Source: Macrostomum lignano
Lineage: Eukaryota
Assembly: GCA_002269645.1 (NCBI GenBank)
Contig: NIVC01002236.1
Span: 62,001-126,000 of the forward strand
DNA length: 64,000 bases
Direction of reading: 5' to 3'
A program made the translations under genes and the position numbers. Below the pieces are notes generated by a model, which did not search any database, was not told where the DNA came from, and saw nothing but the letters and a program-made list of their open reading frames with translations. The first letter of the stretch is position 1. Each line of letters opens with the position of its first letter. Positions 28,351 to 41,765 of the stretch are shown one piece after another.

Positions 28351-29564
28351 CGCATACACCCAGAAACTAATTGTTAACGTTCCAACTCTGAAACCGTTAT
28401 TAAATTATTATTCAATCATTAAAAAATCATTAGCTGAAGATATTTGAGAAGCTACAGGTGTACGTAAGAGCCGGCTAGGTATTTTTTATTAAGGCTTCGC
28501 AGTTTTTGTTTTCACAGTTATTTAACAATCGAGAGTGAAAATGATAGATTCATATATGGCATTAGAAAGATCTTTTGGACAAGTCAGAAGAAGGAGCAAA
28601 GCGGAGCTCAACTGCATCGCATGGCTCTGCAGATATCAAGAAGTTCAATGCTACTTTAATTTTAAAACCAGGCTAAAAATTTAATTGAATCTAGGTTTTA
28701 ATAACTTATCTTATCTTAATTTAACTTAATTCTTAATTTAATTAATTTATTCTATTGAATAAAATAAAATAAAATTAATTTTAATTATTTATTTCTTAAC
28801 TTAATTATTAACTTAACTTAGTTTATACGTAAATAATACCGCTGTCAGGAAAGTGGGCAGTACATGCAAATTTTCAAACACTTTCTTCTTACCTGTAACA
28901 GCAGCAGAATAAAACTTCAAAGCCCAAGTCACGAGAAATAATCTTTGCATTTTTAGATGCATTTTTGATTGCTAGTCTAATTGGTGGCACTATGAGTGAT
29001 TTAGTTAACACAAAATGAGGTTCTGTTTGACAAAGTATAGCTACCGAAAGACAAAGCTGTCGAATTTCTTCTTCATTTATTTGGCTTTAATAGCTTGATA
29101 AGCTTCAGAAACAGCTGGCTGCCACCCGCTGGCATCCGATAAATAACTCATCTGTCAATTCACAATTTATCTTTTGTTTTGCTAGCTAGAAAACATTCCA
29201 AATTATTATCGACAGTTGCTATTCATCAGTTGAGACTGGCAGCACTGACAGCTGGTGGAGCGATAGTTTTATCTCTCTATTTTTCCCTTGTCCAAAAAAT
29301 TATTCAGCTTCAATTTGGGGAAATCCATGGGAAAAAATGCACATGCTTGCTAGCTTCTCTTGCGATTTGGAAACACGGAAAACTTCGTATCTTGCTAAAT
29401 GCAATTGGACATGTTTGCTCGTAGGAGCAGCGAAAACTGACCTTGCTGTGAAATTTGCACGATTTGCGGGTGCAGCGTCCATCAATATCGATTTCTATGG
29501 GTCATTGAGCACGGAGACAAGAGACGGAGGCGCCGCCCAAAATTAGATACAGGCGTCTACAACT

Positions 29565-30130
29565 AGATAGGGGCGCCCATAATTAGATGGGGGCATCCAC
29601 CAAGAGACAGGGGCGCCCATAATTAGATAGGGGCACCCGCCAAGAGACAGTGGCGCCCACAAAGAGACAGGGGCGCCCACCAAGAGACAGGGGCGCCCTC
29701 CAAGAGACGGGGCGCCCACCAAGAGACGAGGGTGCCCACTAAGAGACAGGGGCGCTCACAATTAGATAGGGGCACCCACCAAGAGACAGGGGCGCCCACA
29801 ATTAGATAGGGGCACCCACCAAGAAACGGGGCGCCCACCAAGAGACGGGGGCGCCCACCAAGAGACGGGGACGCCCATCAAGAGACAGGGGCGCCCACAA
29901 TTAGATAGGGGCACCCACCAAGAGACGGGGCGCCCACCAAGAGACGGGGGCGCCCACCAAGAGACGGGGACGCCCACCAAGAGACTGGGACGCCCACCAA
30001 GAGACAGGGGCACCCACCATGAGAGACGTGGGCGCCCACCAAGAGACGGGGCGCCCACCAAGAGACGGGGGCGCCCACCAAGAGACGGGGACGCCCACCA
30101 AGAGACGGGAGCGCCCACAAAGAGACACGA
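29565..30130. repeat. 19-20-bp GC-rich minisatellite (GGGGCGCCCACCAAGAGACA) with 40-bp dimers
   Basis: Tandem units seen directly. Confidence 0.92.
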
Positions 30131-30439
30131 ACGACCACTACTAGAACAAAAATTATTCTGTTATAATTGCACTGAAAATTTTACAAAAGCGGAATAGTGG
30201 CCGACTATTTGTTTGCGGACAGTGTTGGAACAAGTTTGGTCAGACAGAATAGTACAAATTAAGGGTATGACGAATATTTTCAGTGCATATTGTTACATTA
30301 TTGGGGTTACTTCAGTATTACTCAAAAAGATTCTTAACAACGTTGTGAGACCACGAAGTTACGAATAAAAAACCTATGGACACCATAAATCACAGCGTTT
30401 AACTTTTGCAAAAGGTTGCAAGCAAAATACCGAAATACC

Positions 30440-33400
30440 GCAGGCACACAACAAACCCTAACACTCCCCCCTAATGATGCTTTATCATTACAACATACTT
30501 GATAGCGTAACGCACCATCACCAAAGTACTAAGTTATGGAAAAAGCAGAAACACAAAAGGCGCCAAGGAGCAAAAATGTAAGCATCATCACCAGCGTACT
30601 GTACCATAGCGAAAACCAAATGTCGCGTTGAGAAGTTTACTCACAGAGCACGAGCACGATAGGATAAGAACTTGAAGATTGAAACTAAGGAGGGATAAAG
30701 ACTGAGAACTCAGACGTCAATAGTCACTGTCAGCTTTAGAAACGTCAATAACCGTTAATTCAGTCACGGCTTCTAGCAAAATCAGGTTTTCAACCGGCCG
30801 GCGAATCAAGCATCTCCTGGGTCCGCGGCCTGGCCTTTGCGCGACTCGAACTGTTGCCGATCTCACTCGTCTCGTCCCGGATGCACTGCCTCTATAATGC
30901 AAGAACACCAAGTGAGCCTCGGTTGGCAGCTTCGCCTTTCACCAGGACGATGTCACCGACCGTCGCCTCTCCGATCACGCCGTGCTTAGGATTGAGCCGA
31001 TGTTCACGCAAGCTGGTCAGATACTGCCGCTCCCAGCAGTCCCAGAAGGCATGAAGTCTGGCGCGCATTCGCTTCAGCAGTCTTGGCAACGGTAGCAGAA
31101 GATCTGGCGCGCAACTAGAAGTAGGCTCCGCCGTTAGCCGCTGTAACACCAGGAAGTGTGCCGGTGTCAGAACTTCTCCTTCGGGCTCGGCATCCACGTA
31201 GAGCAGAGGGCGGCTGTTGAGCACCGCCTCCACCTCCATGAGCACTGTCAGCAGTTCGTCCAGTGTTAGACTTGCATTCAGAAGGGTTTTGGGCAGTGCC
31301 AGCTTGATGTCCTTCATCAGTCGCTCCCAGAAGCTTCCTTGCCAGGGTGCGCGTTCCGTGATAAACTGCCAGGTAATCTTCCGAGTGGCGCAGAACTCCT
31401 GAACCTTTTGACTCTCCGATGCTTGCAATATCCGCGCGGCTTTGGCGAATGTCTTAGCGTTATCGCTAATGAGACTAGGGATACCTCTCCTTGCACAGAA
31501 TCGCCTTAGGGCTCTAAGAAGGTCTCAGTTGTTAGATCTGTGAGTTTTGGTGTTCGTTGTGTTGGCTGTTTTGGGGGTTGGCCTACTCTGGGGGGTTGGA
31601 ACGCTTTTATTCACCTGAACCTATATCGATCGGAATGTACGCGCGTACATAGTGAATGACAAATATATATATCGACTAACTTTGCCTTTGAGCCCTCGTG
31701 CTGATTTTTCTCGCAATTATGGTCTTACAGATCGTTCACCAGTTCTAGATGAAGCGCTCGCGTTGCTGCGCAGGTGAACACTAACATGTAGCCCTTTTCG
31801 ACAGCAGTGTCTTTTCTCAGCTTGACCGGACCACAGTAGTCGAGCCTGCTCCACTCGAACGCTCTCATTGCTTTCAAGCGAGATTCTGGCAACGCAGGAA
31901 CTTGCATCACAGCGAACGGGAGTGCCTGAAGACGCCTGCAGACGACGCATTTTCCAAGAATTGCCTTCACTCGCTGCCTGCCACGGATCAGCCAAAACTT
32001 CTCATGCAGTTTGCAAAGGGTGCTGTGCGCGTCTCGGATGAGGAGAACTTCTAGATGAGTCTTGTTCGGGATGAGGATGGGGCAGTCAACAGCTGCAACA
32101 ACGTTTGATTCTCTCAATCGACCCCGACTTTGGAGCAGACCTTTGCTGTCGAGGAAGAGATTCAGCTGCTTTGCAAGATCCGTAGATGCTGTCGACCTTT
32201 TAAAGTGAGCAATCTCAGCAGAGAAACTCCTTCGTTGTACCTCTTTCAGCCAACGCTCCTTTGCTTCTGACACTTCTGCAGCTGTCAAAGTTCCTGCTCG
32301 CTCCTCACTATTCCAGCTTCTTTCTGGCTCATCAGAATGCGGTGGTACTCCTGCAGCAGTGCGGGTTCACAGCGCAGCCTGCTCAGGTTACTCTAAAGCC
32401 TCTCGAATGCCACGTCGTCAACTGTTGTCAAGGCCTTTGTTGTTCCGTGCGTGCAGCAGAGAAGCACTTGCTCTTTTTTTCTTTCAGTCCTCCTGCCGAA
32501 ATGGCGTCGGACAAGGAGCCACACAGGAGCCACCCAAGCTGACTGGCTACCGCAACCAGCTCGGTGCTGATTTCAGAACGATCTATCTGTCCTGTGACAA
32601 GGTCATAGAACTGGTCAGCTCCTATGAGGATGTTGATGTCTGGATGCTGCTCGCTGCCGATGTCTCAGTCTGCCAGATCCAGATGTGGGAAGTGATCGCT
32701 GCGCAAGCTGTTGATGAGAGCAGATGTAGGGCACTGTGTTGGCGCGCAATGTGAAGGGAGTGACGCCGTCGAGCTTACGAAGTTGGAAATCGATCTTCTC
32801 CGTTTGCACGACCTTGGGCTTTGTGCCTCCAAATGTCGTCACTTCCATTGTTTCTTTGCCTATCACACAGAGTCCCATACGCTCAGCTACGCCCGACAGG
32901 ATGAACGAACGGTTGCTCGCAGAGTCGAAGAGAATTCGAACCCGTGTTTCACTGCAGCCATCTGGTGAAATCAGTACAGCTCCCGCGGTAGGAAGAACCA
33001 CTGTCTGGACCTTGGTGACCATCGCCATTGTCTTTACTTCGTGGCTCTTGACACTCTGCGTGGCCGACTGTTCGAATTTCTTCTTTCCTGAACCCGCCGT
33101 ATCGAAGTTGCAACTAGGCGTCTTGTCTGCCGGTCTCGGTGGCTGTTCCACTCGCGCAGCGCAGAGACTGGGATGATGCTTTAACTTGCAGAAGTCACAC
33201 TACTTCTTTTGATAACAAGTCTTTGTGGCATGACCTTTAGAGAGGCAACTGAAGCAGCGTCTTTGTTCTTTCAAGAACTGAAGCCTAGCAGGCACATCCA
33301 CCAGTCGATTGCAACTCTCCGGAGCATGTTCAGCGTCACAATAAGGCTCTGGCTCTGGCGACCTTCGTAGCCTTCGTCTGCAAAGCAGATACCGTGCCTT

Positions 33401-34706
33401 CCTTGGTTTGCCTGTCAACAGTGGAAGCCTCTGATGAACTGGCTGCTTGAACTCCTGCTCCGAAAGCCGCTTCCTCTCTAACCAGGATTTCAAGTCCAAG
33501 ACATTGAGGAATTCCTTGATCGAATCTAAGCCGTTCTCATCCGTCACCTGTAGCTGACTGACACCATAGAAAGGCCGTAAGGCAACCATCCTGGCAGTTC
33601 TAAGCATCCCGAGACGGACCACTTCGTATGAAGCAACGTACACTCACCCCGAGATTCTCCAGGCTGCGGACATTGCCGTTGACTTGATCGTGGAAGTTTC
33701 TGAGTTGGTGGACTGAAGCACCTGAACAAGTCAGCGCCGAGAACTTCGCCAGATGCTCGCGCACGGCTCCACTCCGGGATCCAAACCGTCGTTGCAGGTT
33801 ATCGATCTTGTCGATCTTATCGATCTTGTAGTTCTCGGCTGTGATTTTACGGCCGGCGATCGAATTCTTGGCTTCTCCTGAAAGGCACGATTGCAGGTAG
33901 CTAAACTTTTCGACGACGCTGAGGCTCGGGTTGTCGTGGATGCTGGAGCTGAAGCGGTCCCAGAATGCAGTCCATTGCGTCCAATCTCCATTGAATGCTG
34001 GCGGCGGCAGCCTAATGGCCGGCGTAGTCGTCAAAGCAGAATTCTCTCGCGGTGACGTGGATGGAGTTGACTTTTTCGTTTGCTGTTGATCTTTAGCCTG
34101 CATGCGGCTTTCTCGCTCGGCCTGAAGACTCTGCAGTCGCTTGGCAAGACTCGAAATCATCTTCCCAGCCAGTAGCTCTCACTCCATCGTCTTCTCCACT
34201 TACTCTTGGAGTATTTTCTCGTCGATCTCAACGGACAGCTCTTTATCCGCTGCCAGCAGCTGTTGCTTCTTGAGGCGCAGGGCTTCCAGTACGCTGTCGA
34301 TGTCTTCCTCAGCAGCCCCTGAGTTGAGCAGGTCTTGGGCTTTCTGGGCTAATCTGGTGACCGTCGCTCTCAAAACTCCACGCTTTTTGGAGCCCATGCT
34401 GAACTGATAAGAAATCGGGTGAGTCACTGTAGAACTATAGAGCCAATACTTTCACTTTACTTTGATTTTAGTTCGGGCGCCATGTTGTCTGAACAAGAAA
34501 TTGAACAAGTCTGAGGGCCGTCAATTTAGCTAACAAGAAAAAATCAACAATTAAGCGCTTACTGAGAGGTCTGCAATACCTTGTAATACTGTATATTTAA
34601 CTTAAGTCTCTCGCAACAACCACCCCACCATGCGCACTGAGGAGGGGGACACACAGCGTACACACAAACCAGAGGGTGCTTGGCAGGCACACAACTAACC
34701 CTAACA
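30440..34706 (-). mobile_element. BEL/Pao LTR retrotransposon, internally deleted (no RT/RNaseH), with frameshifts
   Basis: 5' LTR 34706-34483 (TG...CA) and tRNA-Lys-type PBS TGGCGCCCGAAC (34482-34471). Gag DUF1759-like FNGDWTQWTAFWDRF, CCHC CFSCLSKGHATKTC, protease LFDSASNRSFI, integrase LDYCGP/APWQGSFWERL and C-terminal FWDCWERQYL...VGDIVLVK. PPT AGGGGGGAG is followed by only ~24 bp of 3' LTR (30463-30440). Confidence 0.9.
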
Positions 34707-34768
34707 AAGAGAATCTACTCAATTGGATTCGAAAACAGTTCACGGATTATTGTGTTCAGCGGTGAATT

Positions 34769-36530
34769 CTACACAGCAATGAAGTCGAAGTACTTGCTGG
34801 CTACGAGTCCGCTAGCGGTGCCGGTCGGTCCAAACAGCAGGCAGTCGCCGGATCCGGAAATGACCAGAGAGAAGAGGCAGTTTGGCTGCAGGTTCGCGCA
34901 CCAGATCAGACATTCCATGTGAGATCTGAGCTGCCGCTGAGCCAGCAGGACGCTGGTGCCGGCAGACAGGCTGGACTTGGCATTGCTGGTGTAGAGAAAC
35001 GTGCCTGCAGTGGAGTTTGAGTTTGTTAACGCATCTCTGACATCTGCAGGTAACTGTAGTAGCAGCGTAAAAACTAAGAAACGTTTTTATCACTCACGAG
35101 CGAAAATGTCGATTTCGCAAATGTGAATAAAAAAGATCGATGTTTGTAACTCCTGTGACGTTCCTGTACATGGTGAGGTACCTGCCGGCAACGGGCTGTG
35201 TGCAGGTGATGTTGATTGGGTTTTTCTCAGCAGTCAAAAAATGAGTGTAGTATTAGCAAATGTCGAATAGGTCCTTGTTGAATGTTGTCCACACGGAGGG
35301 GTCGTTGGTGATGCCTGTTTTTGTGGATAAATTATTCGTGTGGGACTGTCATGTTTCTTTGAGCTCATTGAATTTAACATATCAGGATATCTAAGGTATG
35401 AATGATAGTGAAAATAATTGATTACTCCTGACTTAATGGGCAAATATTCAACCGACAGCTCAGCCGCAGCTATTGCGCGGTGCATCTGAAGGCTGCGTAT
35501 GGCTGCTCAGTCCAAGGACTGGGGGGTCACCACCCACACCCTCAATTATCACAGGCTCCTCAGCTAATGCTGGCACCCATTTTACAACTTGGTGAACTGA
35601 AAGCAACGCTGAGCTAAGTGTCTTGCACAAGGACACAAATTGTACTAGTTTGGTCGAGATTCGAACCTCGACCTTTCAGTGGTGACTCCGACGCCAGGTT
35701 ACAATCCGCTAGGATATGAAATTTCTACCTTGTGTACGGTTTTTAGCTTGTGTGGTTCTGGAAGTGTTCTCTCTACATTTACATGTGGAGAAATTTCTAG
35801 CTGCTGACGCACCACTCTGAAAAATGGGATTCGCAAGGTGTCCTCCCCTATCAAATACGATCCTCCTGAACGATATGCATATCCAGACCCGAGCGCCAAA
35901 GATGACGTACGACTATTCCAAGTCCAGCATCAGCCAGGGTTGTCGGTCCAAATTATTGATGTGAACCAGCATCCCACCGGTAAGGCCATCGTTGATCATT
36001 TTCGGTTGCGCTACTCCTGGGACCACAGGAGACGCCTTCACGGGCTTGTTCTTGAGCACTTTAACCAGCTCAAAACCTGCTGCATAAATTTCAGTAAAAA
36101 TTAGAAATCGAATGGGAGAGGATAAAAATATGCCTAATATACAAATATTTCAGGAGCATTTAACAGTCGTCTACCATGATCTACCATGACCTATCATGAT
36201 GTGCCATGATCTAATATGATCTTACCAAGATCTAAGCTGCCTACCATTATCAACAATTATCTACCCATAATCTATCCATGACCTACATTGTCCACCATTA
36301 TCAACAAATATCTACCCATGATCTACCATGACCTACTATGATTTAACGAGGAAATTACGAGTAAACTAAATAGTGAAACGCTAGACGTCCTGTATGCAAC
36401 CGTTCGGAAGCGGCATAAATTTAAAGTTTATTAAATTTGCAGAATTGCAGTAGAACTGACGATCGCTGACTGACCACTGACGATAGCAAGATGACAACAC
36501 AGTAGAGTCGCGATTCCTATGAACTTGTTA
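34769..36530 (-). pseudogene. F-type lectin + PAN/apple-like gene, copy B (pseudogene)
   Basis: Signal-like exon ~36530-36475 (FIGIATLLCCHLAIVSG). Exon 2 starts at 36076, has TAG at 35913-35915 and breaks off near 35880. Exon 3 (35314-35098) has TAA at 35253-35255 and a 2-nt deletion. Last exon 35004-34769 is intact. Confidence 0.8.
35412..35700 (-). mobile_element. CORE-like tRNA-derived SINE, second copy
   Basis: Reverse-complement match to 12851-13177 (shared GCAGCCTTCAGATGC.CCGCGCAATAGCTGCGGCTGAGCTGTCGGTTG). Confidence 0.8.
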
Positions 36531-37590
36531 ATGCCGTTTAATTTTCTTCGTACCAGCGTACATGTACTCGTATCAATGTCAAAGCCAGTTTCGACATGCG
36601 CAAAAAAGTTTTAATAAATTTTTCTTAGTTTTTCAAAGGACTCGAACTGATTCGCGATCGCCCCTTTCGTAGACGACTCAATTTTATCAGCTTTCAAGCT
36701 CTGCAGATAAATTCTCCACCGCTGTTGTTTATTTTTTCCTCTACTTTTGTTCAGTTGCCAAGGTGACACTTTCAAGACATGAGACAGCTTTTCTTACTGG
36801 CTGCAATTGACCAATTAGTAGGGGGAAGGGGGGCTCGGTGAAAGTTTTAAGTATCCGTCTTCGTGTCAGTTAGCATTTGTATTGGTATTTCAAGATCTGT
36901 CTTAGTAAAGCTTATAGATGAATAAAAATGTTGAATTAAAACACTTCCTTAGATACGATTTCAAGATAATAAAATTGGGCCAAACAAAATTGATTTTAGT
37001 TATATTAACTAAAATGGGGACGTATCAATTAATGGAATGTGGTTTGATTCGATGAGGGCATAAATCTAATATCATTACATAAAATGTTGTTAAGACATCA
37101 TTAAGACATCACTTCACTACCCACTCAGACCCTCAGTAGCGTTTTTTTATTGTATTTAGGATTGCCCCGTCTTTCTACTCATAATTAAAGTTGTAAAATT
37201 AGGCATAAAATAAGCATACGAGCGAAAGTTCAGATTTAGGTTGAGGCAAATTTATGGATATGTGAGAAATAATCAATATTGTTTCTGAGTTACTTCTTCG
37301 ACGCAGTTTAACAAAAATAACGAAATATAGGGCCAAACGAATTCGCAAGAGCTACATGCATTATTTAATCATTCTTTAAAGAGCTATAATGAAATCAGGG
37401 CTCACAAATCGAGACAGTTACACCAGCTTCGCATTGATTCCCATAGGGTAACACCGCGTGCACATGTAGATAAAGGTGGATTAGCTTATTGGGCAAAATA
37501 CTCGTATTTTTAGAACATCGGAATAGGAAATGAGTGTGCAAAATTTTTTTAACCTTGAATATTACATTTGCAGTTTTTCTTCTTTTTGCT

Positions 37591-40284
37591 TCACCAGAAG
37601 TGACACTTTTTATCGTTAGCCAAGTATATTGGATCTCCCGGCTTGCAGTTGAACACCCTGGCGAAGTCCTTCGACTGCATCACCAGGCCGTTCACTCTGG
37701 GATGCGGTGGCGAGTGAGAATTATTTTTTTGTCGAGAAATCAGAGCATCCATTTCCGCCTTGGTGCAGTGCAGCTGGGCCTGCTGGATGAAGAACAGCTG
37801 ATCAGGTGTCAGGCCTGCCAATTTCTCTCCTGGAAGCATCTGAGGCCGATTCCCAGACTTCAGCAATTTTGCTGCTCTGTTTCTGTAGGCTAGGAAAGCG
37901 GAATTGGTGCCAACAATATCGGCAAAATTTTCATCAAACTTTTGAACCTCTGCTTCCGTTTCCTCTTCCGAAATTTCGGATTTCGCGAACTCAGGATCGA
38001 TGATCTGGCTGTAGAAATTAGCCAGACAGTCAGTTTTATTGCCGTACCGCAGCGCTGTGATATTGTCAAATATACGTTTCTGTTTGTTTCCAACACTAAA
38101 TTTACTAACTAATCTGTCGCAGCCGTGCCCGACCTCGTGGCCGATTATGTAGCCGACGCCACCGTACAACAGGTAGTCAGGGTAGCCCTTCATGTAAATT
38201 TTGCTGAGCAGCAGGCCAAAGTAGATAAAAATCGAATTGTCGTATGGTGAATAATGAGCGTTGACAGTAAACATTCTTGTAAACATATCTTTTGGCATCA
38301 TGTCCTGTTTGTCAGCTGTCGCAATCCAAAGTCGATTCTGAAGCTGAGTGCTTTTAAACTGCAAAACAACATCGCCAAATGTTCTGCTTTGGTTAACTTG
38401 AGCAGCAACTTTTGAGTAGCCTTCGGTGAACTCGGACATGTTGAACTGGGGGTAGCCAACAGTGCTCCGCATGGCATCGATTCTCTTCTTAATTGCTGCT
38501 TTACTCGGCTGCTCAATCCACGCCTCGCTGTCCACATTCTCCCACATGGCCTCCTTGATGTCGCCGATTACCACTTTCACTGAGTTGAAGTCGTCTGTGA
38601 CGAAGGCGCTGCTGAACATCTGCAAAGCCACTGGCGGCATGGAGCCCAGCATCATGTTCATGCACAGTCTTGAGCTGTTCCGACCTTCTTTCTCATGAAT
38701 GAGATACTTTTGTTGCCCGAAAAGGTTTTTAAAGAATTTAAACGATTCGTCTGGAAGAAAATTGACTGCCGACAGTGCAGAGTCCAGGAGAATAAAGTCG
38801 TAGTACGGTCCCTGTCTGTGCTCCAGCTCTGTTGTGAGCTGCTCGAGTACAAAAAATAATAGCGGGTACCTAATAATTTCAACTTTCATTGAGGGAGGTA
38901 ACTTATTGGCTGAATACTTGCTCACAGCGCTGTAAAACTCCGTCCAGTTAAAGTTGAGATTTTCTGCCTCAAACAAAGGCAAATCGTATTTGAAAGTTGG
39001 TCCTTACCATCTGGAACAGCTGCAGAATTTTACTCAGGTTAACATTTTCTGAACTGCAGGCTTCATCTGATTTATACTAACAGTCAAATTCAGGTCTATG
39101 AGATCACTGAAATCTTCTAATGCAGAAATTCCGTCATTGAAAACCTTATTCCAGGATTTCAGGGTAAATAGGTAGTATGGTGACGAGTGCAATCTCAGAC
39201 TCCGCTCCACCGAGCCTGGCGACAATCTGAACAGATCCGATGTACCGGTTATTACCAGTCTCGCTAGGAAGTCTTCAATGCCTGAGTAGCCCTCTAGAAA
39301 GTCCAACAAAGGTCTCACTAATGATTTCATGTCGAACGGTCGTTTTCCAGTCTGCCAGCTGTTCGGGAGAAATTCCTCTTTCTTAGAATTCAGAACGCTG
39401 GAGCCGCGCCAATCCATGCAGGTCCCGTAGATGGATCGCAGCGTCTGGAACAGCTGCGCTTCGCTTGCGTCTCTGGGCTTGGACAAGTTCTTGAAGTACA
39501 TCATCTCAAATAGATTTCCTTGAATGGAGTTGTCCTCCTGTAGTACTGAGCCCACGGTCTCGGCGGTGAAGGGGTGGCTTTTATGGAAACCGCCGCAGGC
39601 GAAGCTGTAGAAGTCTTGGCATGGGTCCGCAGATCGGTCGATGTGGCTCTGCAGCAGTGCGCTTGCACTTATGCAGGCCTCGCTGGTGCACAGGCTGGGC
39701 TGCTTGGGAGTGGCTGCTGCAGATAGCAGTTGGCCGGTAGCTGCTCCAGGTGGTAACCGAGCTGTGCTGAGAGCGTAGAGCAGAACGAAAACTAGAAGCA
39801 GAAACGAAAGTACCGCTATTGCTAGGTACACAGACAGACGTCTAATTCGCTCGTGTAGAGTTGAACTCTCAACTCTAACGCGGTTGAAAATGCTCTGTTG
39901 AAAATGCAGCAATTTAAGGTACGAGTATGTCATTCGTATTGTGTCGCATGTGCCATACATTTTCTTCCTGCATTTCCTTGCCACCTCCAGACTCTGTGTT
40001 TGTGACTACCTGTGCGGTCTCGCTCCCTTGTCCTATCGTAATTCCCTTACAATTTCCTTCTTTATCCCCCCCTGTGACTATGCCTGCCTTCCACATGTCC
40101 TTTCCTGCCTCCATTTAAAGTTCCTTCAACCAGGACGGGTGGTCTGTGGCTGCCATTCAATCTTCCAATCTCGAAACCTACTCCTCCAGGTAAGCCTTCG
40201 GGAAAGTAAGACCGGATACTATACAAGCTACAATGCAAATCTTACCATCGAACTTGCTCCAGCACTTGTATCAGTAGCCTTCAT
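37591..40284 (-). CDS. Neprilysin / M13 family type II membrane zinc metallopeptidase
   Basis: Predicted short exon 40284-40246 (MKATDTSAGASSM) spliced to 39894. TM segment LSVYLAIAVLSFLLLVFVLLYAL, CTSEAC...DPCQDFYSFACG, GHEVGH zinc motif, ENFAD third ligand, C-terminal HSPPHPRV...FNC...KCHFW. The two long ORFs are in the same frame but are separated by two stops near 39000-39036. Confidence 0.85.
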
Positions 40285-41765
40285 GACGAGATGCTTTCAT
40301 TCGTTTTCTGTGACTGTTAGTAAAAAACGACTTATATGTGTTTTTAAGTCAACGAGCCAAAGGCAATTTTTTTTTATTGACGCAGCAAGTGAGTGTAGCT
40401 ATTCCAAAGTAGCGAAATAAATAGGATTAAAGCTACATGCATGCATACTCGGTTTTTATTGACTTATAATAACAGTCACAGTGTTAGTCACATCTAACCT
40501 GAGTGTTGGGCGTTGGTCCAAAACTTTTGTACGTCTAAATTTCGTATTTTATTTGCATTTTCGCCCCCCCCCCCACGGAGTCAGTTAGCACCATAGCTTT
40601 CGCGTCTCCATACCATCAGCTATCGATACATATCGAGTCCTGAAATATGTTGGTTTTAATTACGAGTTCGTACAACTATATTGAGCTGCTATGCTGCAGT
40701 GATGAAAATTTACGACGCATTTAAGCCACTCGAGGGATAATTTGTCAAAATTTCGTGGACCCGACGTAATTATGATGTTAGGAAACATTAAGGGATTCTG
40801 AGAAAGTCACCAAAGCATTCGCCGTGACACATCGACGCTCTCCAGCAGTCTTCTGAACGCAAAATTATGGTTTCGGTCGAGAAGACTTCAGTAAATTAGG
40901 GCTTTTCGCGTTGTTCAAAACATTTTTGGCATCACACTGGACTGCAGTGCTAGGCGTTCTTTTTTGTAATAGACTTTAGAACAAAAATAAAACTTCGCGC
41001 TCGACTCAACCTTTCAGTAGAGTTTTACTGCGTGCTGTGCTGCTACTTTTGAAATGTGTCAACAAGTTAATTGGATAAACATTGATGGGTTTCGGCCTTT
41101 TCGGCTCCTTTCGGGAAGCCTTCGGGCCTCAGGTCTCAGAAATAAATCAATTAGAGTCCTGGCCCCCCACTCCTGTCAGATGGTCAGCCCCAAGGTAGCT
41201 TGATCGGTGGCGAGCAGTCTAGGTCCTATAGCTAAGAGAGGGACAGCGAGAGACAAGCAGGGAGAATTTTGAAGGTAGAGATCAGCTAATCCGCAGATTA
41301 ACTAACCCGCTGCCACCAGCCCGTGCGTCCTGGCTCACCAAACCGGGACTTTTGAAATCGGGCTTCCGACTAGAAGAGGCCTTGCACTTACCTGCCAACT
41401 AGTGTATTTTTGCTGTCAATCTCGAAGTCATAGCCGATGATAAGGGACACTGCTGAGACTAGATCGCATTGGCCATGCAGGTACAGAGGGGACTTTTGCA
41501 GGGGATTCTTGCAGTGGCGAGTCTATGGGGTAGCTACATGTACTATTACATTGCTAAATACGAAGAATTTTACTTTTGGCCTTCAACGCGCCAACTAGCC
41601 TCTCGTAGCGCTGATGATAGGCTAACTCGAACATCGGAGACCGCATTATTCATTTACCCGAGCCGCTTGGCGAATCTAGAGTGCACTATTATTTTGCACT
41701 ATTGGCAATTTTGCTCACTGATTTGATAGATTGATCGACTGAGAACTGTCTTGCCATTGGTCCAC

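Noticed and set aside
41610-41650. CTGATGA as a hammerhead ribozyme core
   Set aside because: No convincing stem II or GAAA partner follows
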